Source: Dicyema japonicum (taxonomy: Eukaryota > Animalia > Dicyemida). From it: DNA of 64,000 nucleotides. The notes under the pieces were generated by a model. That model had not been told where the DNA came from and did no database searches. It worked only from the letters and a program-made list of their open reading frames with translations. Location of the stretch: NCBI GenBank assembly GCA_011109175.1, contig RDEW01000006.1, positions 185,989-249,988 on the forward strand, in the 5' to 3' direction. A program made the translations under genes and the position numbers. Shown piece after piece: positions 55,450 to 64,000 of this stretch. How positions within the stretch are numbered: position 1 is the first letter of the stretch; each line of letters begins with the position of its first letter.

Positions 55450-56480
55450 GGGAGAAATAACATGGGGCTTCAGACCTGGAAAATCCTGTACGGACTGCAT
55501 CTACCAGATTCACTCAACGGTATTGAGAGGTCTGGAATTCAAGAGACAAGTCAACCTAGTATGTTTGGATCTGTCTAAAGCTTTTGATAGCGTGTGGCAT
55601 GAAGCCCTCCTATCAAGGCTAGCAGCTGCGAATATCCATAAGAAACACTTCATATGGATAAAGAACTTTCTAACGGAACGAACTTCCCGAATACGTGTCG
55701 GACCATAAATGTCAAGAGATATTAGATTGAAGAGGGGAGTTCCACAGGGCTCTATCTTGAGCCCGCTGTAGTTCAATGTATTCTTGTCAGACTTCCCAGT
55801 TCCACCAGATATGAACACCAAGATGTTGGTATACGCGGATGACATTCTATTCATGGACACTTCTGGAAAATCCACTTTATCGGAAAATAGAATTAGGCTA
55901 TTTGTTGATCAAGTTCAGGACTGGTGCTCCAAGAGAGGGATGACACTCTCTACCGAGAAATCGAGCCATATGAGAGTCAGTCGCCTACGGAGGCATCGTG
56001 TACAGCCTTATTCACTTGGCATCCCAAAAGTGAATTCACTTCGCTACCTCAAGATAGCCATCGATGGAGAAGGTTCCTTCATGGATGATATCAAACGAAG
56101 AAGGAAGAAAGCGCTACAAGCGCTTTTCTGCACAAGGAGACCTTCCTGTTTGTTTTCACGAGAGTTATTCTGCCGGAACAATTGTATGGATGCGAAGCAT
56201 GGCTTTTCTCACGCCATAGAGATAGAATTATACTACTTATGGAAAAATCAAGAAGGTCAGCAATAAAGCTGGCCATGAAAAAAGACTATTCAACACCCTC
56301 AGTATAGAAGATAAAATTCTTACTCCGGTGAGATACATTGTGGAGAACAGGATCAATGGGATTCACCGATAGGATAAAAAGAAAGTGAACTTTGTCAACT
56401 AGACATTGCAGAGAGAAGATGTTCTTTAACGTCAGTGTTGACAACTTCTTGCGTTTTGGGCAAGTCATCGACCACATTCC
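55450..56480 (+). mobile_element. APE-type LINE RT, 5'-truncated and decayed
   Basis: GFRPGKSCTD, LDLSKAFDSV, GVPQGSILSP, YADDI. Confidence 0.8.
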
Positions 56481-56699
56481 CTACGATCCTTTTGTTTTTT
56501 ATTTTACTAAATTTCGTAGATAAATAGAATGAAACATACTTTTTTATTTTCTTACAAGAAACCACCATGTCCACAACAACAAGAAATTTAAATTAAATAA
56601 TAAATATAACTAAAACAATATAAATAAAATATGACCTAACAAACGAAATATGACCTATAAGACCTAATAATGTATTTTTCAAATTAATAAAATCGCTAC

Positions 56700-56930
56700 T
56701 GATTTACTCCTGTTGCGACCGAATCATCGGGAGCCGTTGGTCCAATGACGGCTGAGTTCTTGCGAGAACTCGGAGGATTGCTTGCCAGAAAGAAAAGGGA
56801 TCAACGAGAAAGGATATAGCTAAGACAAAAGATTGGAATAGCCATACTCCGAGGGAACTCGTTCGCAGTCCACGCAGCAGGCTTCCTCAACTGACATTTG
56901 TTTAATTGTTAAAAAATTATTTTGTTTTAA
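56700..56930 (+). mobile_element. 3' end of a second CRE-like family
   Basis: PVATESSGAVGP..FLRELG..KIGIAILRGNS, homologous to the 17546 C-terminus but diverged. Confidence 0.7.
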
Positions 56931-56999
56931 AAAATAAAAATAAATTAAATAATGATTCCCTTTTGCTAATTTGGGAATTTGAAACACCTGGGTATTTCA

Positions 57000-57732
57000 G
57001 ATTTTGAAATCATAACTGGCTTTAATTTGTGAATTCCATTCAAATTTGTAAATAACATAATTGAAACCCGATCTTTGAAATTTTTATATTTGCATATGCT
57101 TTGGACGGAATCAGTATATTATAATGTCCTGTCTCGTCCATATTTTAAATTTCGTCTTGTTTATAGTGTTTTGAAATTTCTTCAGTGATCTACAAATCCT
57201 TCTAGGTCAGGATTTTGTCAGTTATCATGTTCCCGTGTAATTTATGCACTTGAAAACCAAGCTTAGTATCAAGTTAAGTAAATTTTAACGATCTGCATGT
57301 CTTTGTAGAAAGGAATATAATTTTTAGATGTTTTTAATGTGGCCTCTAGACAATTAAGGAATATTATTCACTATTTTTCTTAATTTCGAATATTAAATAA
57401 AATAGAAAATCTGTGAGCGATTGTTTGGCACGGTGTAGTATTATTATCGTCTTAATATCTCAAAATTTAGAGTTTTTGGAAGCAATTAAGCCTTGACGAG
57501 AAGCTTTCGAACACATGGTAAAATTTTTAGTTTAAAATTTTAATTTTTAATAAAATAATTGAAAAAGATTAGTAAAAATAAATTTTATGTTTTTTGATAA
57601 TGTGTGGCCAATTTGAGAATTGGCCAATTTCTTAGAAAATTAGCTTTTTGAATCCCTGAAGTGAACCTTTAGCCATAAATTGGCCAATTTAAGAATTGAA
57701 ATTAAGGTTGGCCAATTAGAGGGATTTCACTG
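57000..57732 (-). mobile_element. pogo/Tigger-like remnant with one terminus
   Basis: KLHG..NMDETG; terminus TA|CAGTGAAATCCCTCTAATTGGCC; ttggccaatt subterminal repeats. Confidence 0.7.
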
Positions 57733-57779
57733 TATTTATAAAAAAAATCATTAATATGATCAATAAAGTAATATATGAC

Positions 57780-60700
57780 TAGGGCGATTTTTTTGACTTT
57801 ATAAATGCGAAATTTCGAGCTAAAAATTGACGTTTTAGACTTTAAAAATTCAAAATTTTGACAATTTTTGACTCTGAAAAATTTATCTAAAAATTTTTTT
57901 AGTATGAAAAAACTAATCTACACTCTATTAAAATATAGAATAATGTAATTAAAAACGTTTAAGGTTAAAATTTCAGTCTTTATGTAATAACTTTAGCAAT
58001 AAAAAAATTTTTTTTGAATAAATAGGATATCTTTCAAATAGTCGTATATGCATGGAGAAAAATGTTGTTTTTCCATTTTTAATAGAAAAAACTTATTAAC
58101 AGAATATCTAGATTTCAAATAGTTCGTAATTCAGCATAAATCGTTACAGAATAAATTTTTTGAATATGCTAGTGCGTTTTTATGGGTGAAGAAGGTATTT
58201 CTGTCATCTTTATCAAATTATAAACCAATATTTACATAATATAGTCGACGTTTGCTCCGTAGTTCTTTTTAATATATTACTTCCAGCATCTTTCTTGAAA
58301 AATCAATTTCCATCAAAATTATTGTTATTTTTACTTCAATAAAATTTTTACAATAATTTTCAACAATTTCAAGACATTTTCCCCTTCTGATGAGAATTAT
58401 TTAGGGTAGATAGCCAATTTCAATATNATTTTACAATAATTTTCAACAATTTCAAGACATTTTCCCCTTCTGATGAGAATTATTTAGGGTAGATAGCCAA
58501 TTTCAATATTATTTTATGTTTTATGTAAGAAATTTATTTGTGTGTTCATATTTATTTCGATTCCACAGATCAAACCAATTTTTTCCAACTCTATAATAAA
58601 TACATGTAAAATGCTCAAAAATAGACACAAGTTACTTTGTTAGTTACTTTTGGCATAAATTTTCTACACTTTTGCAAAGAAAAAAGTAAAACAATATCCA
58701 ATGCCCTCAAACAAGTTTGTAAACTTTAATGTTCAGCTTATGAAAAGAATAAGCATTAGTGACCTCATTGTGCTTAGAATCCGTAGATGGAATGAGAAAA
58801 TCAGATATTTTTACAGTAGCACCTGTAAATAGTAATAAAAATGATAAACCTGTTAGTTTGAAATGTTTTTGAAAAAATTAAAAAGCTATTGTTAGAATTT
58901 GATTTGATGGAAAAATCACCAGGATATTTTTGTTACAACAGTCTTAACCTTTTCCTGATTGAATGCAGCATGATAGTTGATGAACTTATCAGATGAATCA
59001 GAATCTTTTTCTGCTCCAAATACTGTGCAAGCTAACAACCTAATGAAATATTACGCATCCATAAGTCACAAGGACTTCTCGAAATCCCATTCTTGTCACT
59101 TTCGGAATTTAGTGCCTAAACCAACTTCATGGATCAATCTGTTTACGCATGCCGAGGTCACACAGGCTATAAGATCGATGAAGAGATCTTTTACGTGTGG
59201 ACCTGACGGCATCCCGGGAATTTTGTTAAAACACCTTGGTAATGCTGCAATCAATTCAATTACGTCAATTTTTAATTTGTCTTCTAACATGAACGTCATC
59301 CCATGCAAATGGAAAAACTCACTTATAATACCGATCCTTAAACCAGGAAAACCGAAAACCTTACCTTCTTCCTACCGTCCAATTTCATTAACGTGCGCAT
59401 TATCGCGCCTAATGGAGAAACTCGTACTCTGGAAAATTAAACCCCATTTGCCCGACTGCCACTTTCAACATGGTTTCAAATGTGAGCGTTCAACTACGAC
59501 ACATTTGACTTCACTGTCTCAATTTATATCAGAAGGGTTCAACGTACCGAAACGCCATCTACGGACAATAATGGTTTCCCTGGATATCCAGAAGGCGTTC
59601 GATTCTGTCTCGAGAATATTACTCACGAAGAAGGTTTTTGACACCACCATTCAGACGGATTTGAAAAGATGGATAGCCAATTTTCTCTCCGGAAGAAGAG
59701 GACGTGTCTGTATAGGCCACGCAAGATCGAGGTCCCGTCTCCTACCAAATGGCGTCCCTCAAGGATCGCCCCTCTCTCCGGCATTATTCAACTTGTTCCT
59801 CAACGATTTACCCTGCCCTGGAGGACCAGATTCAATGCTTCTCACTTATGCTGACGACCTAATCATCGCTAGCAGGAACAAATACGTGGGTACAGCAAAA
59901 TCAGAGCTTCAGTCACATATTGACGACCTGGGAGCCTGGTTGAAGTTGAATCGTCTCTCCGTATCCAGGGACAAATCAACATATACAATCTTCACCACGG
60001 ACAGAAAAGAAAAACATACACTTGATTTGAACATTTTTGGAGACTCCTTACCACTACAGACTCGTCCAACTATCCTGGGAGTGACATTTGACCCTTTGAT
60101 GTCATTTTCTCAACATGTGAAGAACGTTATGACAAAGGGTCTCAGGAAACTTAATATATCAAACCGCTCTTGAAGTCCAAACCTTCACAGGAATGCGCCC
60201 TCGTCGTGTTCAATCAACTCCTAAAACCGACGATTGAGTACGCCTGTGCCTCATGGGCCTATGGAGCTTCGATATCAAATTCACTCAAGATCAATACCCT
60301 AGCACGTCAAACGAATCTACCCCCGATCTTTTCCCTCCAATGCTTGACCACGCCGAATCAAAAATAATGGCTCCGGCTTCATCTGTCTGTGTGGCCAAGA
60401 AACAAGTCGTTTTTTCCATTCAAGGCTAAAGGCTTCAAATACACGAAATTTGGGGGAAAACCCCACTCCTCTTCAAAACTTAATGAAAGATGATCGTCGT
60501 TTATTCAGGAAAGCCGTGGGTACTCTGGAGGAACACAGGAAAAACCTCTCGATCCTGTTGAGGCGTACCGGGATCACTTAATTAGTTGGATTACTCCTTC
60601 TTTCTTGGTGTTCCCTTTTCGGGGTTATTAAATAAAATAAAATAAATAAATGATAGTTGATGCCACGTTAGTCTTTTATTCAAATCTAGTAAAATTAATA

Positions 60701-60900
60701 AATAAAAAATAAATAAATAATTTGACTTTATTGACCTAAAAATTGAAATTTAACCTTTGTTTGACATTACACAAAATTTTGACTTTTCGACTTTATAACT
60801 TTTGATTTATATAATATTCTTGATTAAAAATCACATTTTTGTAAGTTTTAAACAATTTTAAAAAACATGAATTTTTGACTTTATTGACAAAAATCGCTTA
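57780..60900 (-). mobile_element. CGGBP1-like hAT, copy 2 (deleted), with nested LINE
   Basis: Ends tagggcgattttt / aaaaatcgctta; 8-bp TSD tatatgac/gatatgac (7/8); homologous to 13460-22780. Confidence 0.75.
58983..60649 (+). mobile_element. 5'-truncated APE-type LINE with nearly intact RT
   Basis: About 398-aa ORF: CGPDGIPG, YRPISL, QHGF, LDIQKAFDSV, GVPQGSPLSP, YADD; TAAA tail; 13-bp TSD atgatagttgatg (58970-58982, 60650-60662). Confidence 0.92.
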
Positions 60901-61739
60901 GATATGACTTATATGACTATGGTTGCCATAGTTATGACTATGTACTAACAATTAATCCTAACAACATTGAATTGAGCCGTAAGAGGTTGGGGTTCATGTA
61001 TACCAATACCCAACCTGTAGACATTACAGAGGACGAGAACAATTACGACTGTCTGATTGGGAGTCACACCTTTAAATCAAAAATCACTTCCTTATACTAA
61101 CCCTCGAAACAAAATTTGCATTATCAGTTCATTTCAAAAAACAGAATCCACCCAAGCCTCAAGATGATCCACTAGTGAGTTTGAAATTACTACCATCAAA
61201 ATCCTTGGAGTGTAATAGAAGCGAGGTTTCCTCACCCCTTGGAAGCTAGTATTTGCTATTGCCATCGTGAGACTTTTTTAATACAAAATTGGACAATCAG
61301 ACTCGTCGTTGTGCCAACCCTACCTTCCTAACGACTACGATCTCTTATCTTGTTCAATCCACTTTACCCCACCACATCGCTAGTAAAACAATGTCACTAC
61401 TCGATTCTCCCACCTAGACATTTATCCTCTTCGGAGAGGAGTTATGAACCTGATTCCCCTCCATTTCCTCCTCGATCACGAGGCACGTTATCGAACTGAG
61501 TAGGTAATTCTACTTGGTGACTGGTTGTTGTAACCATCGAGAGAATATTCAGTATCAATGCTCCACCAACGTCTTCTTGGGGACAACGAATTGAACTACG
61601 TTCTAGTTGGTGCGTCGATTACGATAGCTGTCAAGTGAGACATAAGACTTCGAACGACACTGTCTCACGTAAAAACAATAGGGATGACTTTGATTGAAGG
61701 ACCATACAGTAGTTCCCCCGCCAATAAGTCATACAGCCT

Positions 61740-62760
61740 GTCTACTTCAGTGACAATAGATAGTTGATAGAGGTGTCTTCAGTTTCTTTGCTTTTTTGGT
61801 GTCGTACATTCTGCATGAGTGCACATGTATGCAGTTAGTTTGTTGTGCCTTCGGATGTAGTCGGTGGTGAGAATCCTGTTGCTTCTTACATAATGAATCT
61901 TTATCTCCAAAAACAAGCCCTTGATTTGAAGAAGGCAAAGCCTCGGATCTCAGACTATTGTTTCAACTGACCACCATCAATATTTTCATCCCCACAACAA
62001 TCATAAAGTATTGAGTTGAGTGACCTTCTCCTGATACTATCCATCACTTACTCTCTAAATCAGCCAGGAACTGATGCAGCATAAATTCACTTCAATGAGA
62101 AATTAAAGTCCTCTCCCAAGTCTTGCACGATCAATATACAATCTTTCATGGTTAGCAGGCTTTACATGTATTTTATGTACCAATTTCACGATCCTCTTAT
62201 TCACATTTTCAGTGATCGTCTTCAAAACATCCAGTTTCACGACGTTGTTGGCACGATCCTTTAAAACTCTGAGAGCGACAGTCTTCATGTCCGTTCAGAA
62301 ATTTTACATTTTTCANTCTCCTGATACTATCCATCACTTACTCTCTAAATCAGCCAGGAACTGATACAACATAAATTCACTTCAATGAGAAATTAAAGTC
62401 CTCTTCCAAGTCTTGCACGATTAATATACAATCCTTCATGGTTAGCAGGCATTAAATGTATTTTATGTACCAATCTCATAATCATCTTATTAACATTTTC
62501 AGCGATCGTCCTCAAAACATCCAGTTTTACGACATTGTTGGCACGATCCTTTAAAACTCTGAGAGCGACAGTCTTCATGTCCGTTCAGAAATTTTACATT
62601 TTTCATAAAACCTGTGTTGATACCTTTTCCTCGACAAATATGATTTTCACTACAAACTCAACTCAAAGATCCTCAGGCAGGTTGGGCTTTTACATAGCTC
62701 TTAAAGAGTCCTGTGTTTGATTTTTTAGGCCAGTAGATGACTACTATTTCTGTCAGCTGA
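61740..62760 (-). mobile_element. R4/Dong-like post-RT remnant (partly duplicated across an N gap)
   Basis: HERLYIDRARLGRGL motif present twice. Confidence 0.65.
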
Positions 62761-63139
62761 TTTCTCTGGTATCCTTCAAGTCTGTTAAGCAAGTTCCTGA
62801 GCTTTACAGTAGTATTGGTTTATGGACGCATTAAATACCCTTATCCGCATATTCATATACACATGCGGTCTAAATATTCCACATTTTTTCGTTGCGTAAG
62901 ACTGCGAGAAACGACGAAGTATTTTTCAAAAATCAGTAATAGCTGTAATCACATCAATGTTACATTTACTCAAACAAAAACAGCAGAATGCCTTAATTCA
63001 TCCACCCAGTCCCTTCAAGTAAGACCAGTAGCTAACAAATGAAAACAACCAAAGGCAGACAGTGCCAGAATACCCACAAATTAGTATGAAATCACAAATT
63101 CACAATTATAAATGTTAAATAAATGAGTCAAAAATATAG

Positions 63140-64000
63140 TTATTTACATTTCTCCCCAATAAGTCCATTAATATACTCGATGTAAGACTGACAAGACCTA
63201 GTCCGATCACATTTCATACGCCCAACAAACTCAGTGTGACCCAACTCATTATCCCTACAATTAACACCAACAATCACTTAAACACAAAGAATAGTATCCT
63301 CGTCTTCCTTTGAGCACTTAACTGGGCCATAGCCAACCCCAAACCATACGAATTCCAATTCCTGAATCCCCCAGGGACAAACTAAAATACACCAAACCAC
63401 CAACCAGTCTTTCTGCCACGTCTTTATACTCACAAACACCGAAAAAGTCAAACAAAACTTCAGACGGGGTCTCGCAACGTGCCAATAAATAGCACACTGA
63501 ACCCATATCCAACATACAAAGACCGCTTTTTGCCATATTAGAGTATAACAGAGCCAGTAGAGGTCCAAAAGAAACAAAATAGTTCCCAGCAGAGTCCTCA
63601 AAGCATCACTTCTCAATTTAAGTGACGTCATACATCGATGGGGAAATCTCAGACATCACTGTATTGGCCCTAACAGACAGCACACGACAGAAGGCAGCAT
63701 ATCTCTCATCCAAAGACATCTCACTTGCCATAAAAGTGCTCTACGGTCAACTAGCGCAATACATGGGTCAGCAGGGAAAACAGTAAATATGGGAGTAAGC
63801 TTACCGACCTGCAAATGGGCACTCTCATACTAAGAGATCCACCAAAGATTTTTGGAACCCTACAGACCTTCAAAACGTCATAGATCGAATTCCCCAATAG
63901 CTTCAAAAAGTTCCCAGTATCACTTGTGAGTGCTTTATGGGCCACTAGGAGAATAAAACATACACCATACACAATCTGGCGATAATAAGAGAGGTAGCAT
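63140..64000 (-). CDS. 3' end of an unidentified multi-exon host gene (runs off the window)
   Basis: Micro-introns 63945-63970, 63741-63762, 63382-63404 and 63255-63277. The last three exons read in frame ...YKDVAERL|FVPGGFRNWNSYGLGLAMAQL..FVFK|DNELGH..GLIGEKCK*. Confidence 0.7.

Noticed and set aside
58345-58509. About 82-bp tandem duplication
   Set aside because: The copies are joined by a single N (58427), typical of a scaffolding overlap artefact.
62027-62605. About 290-bp tandem duplication with a few differences
   Set aside because: Joined by a single N (62316); probably two haplotypes or TE copies concatenated in assembly.

Overview
Eukaryotic, AT-rich, transposon-dense window. Host genes are split by ultrashort (20-34 nt, mostly 22-24 nt) GT-AG introns, so the ORF track fragments or misses them. 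TAA, TAG and TGA all act as stops. Animal-like RPL19 intron positions plus this intron size best fit a dicyemid-type compact parasite genome (inference, not proven). Host genes rebuilt by hand: MSH6 (-), RPL19 (-), vigilin/HDLBP (+), URM1 (+), an unidentified 7-exon type-I membrane protein (-), a degenerate DHX15/Prp43-like helicase (+), and the 3' end of an unidentified gene at the right edge (-). Most of the rest is nested, decayed transposons: hAT (Buster, SPIN-like, CGGBP1-like), Ginger-like integrase elements, Tc1/IS630, pogo, and CRE, RTE, R4-like and APE-type LINEs. Several have exact TSDs, and some empty sites are visible in a second copy inside the window. The most unusual observation is that DNA-transposon genes carry host-sized micro-introns. 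Single-base indels in essential genes and two N-joined duplications suggest an imperfectly polished assembly. I did not recognise any rRNA, tRNA, CRISPR array or prokaryotic system. All translations and identity estimates were done by eye.
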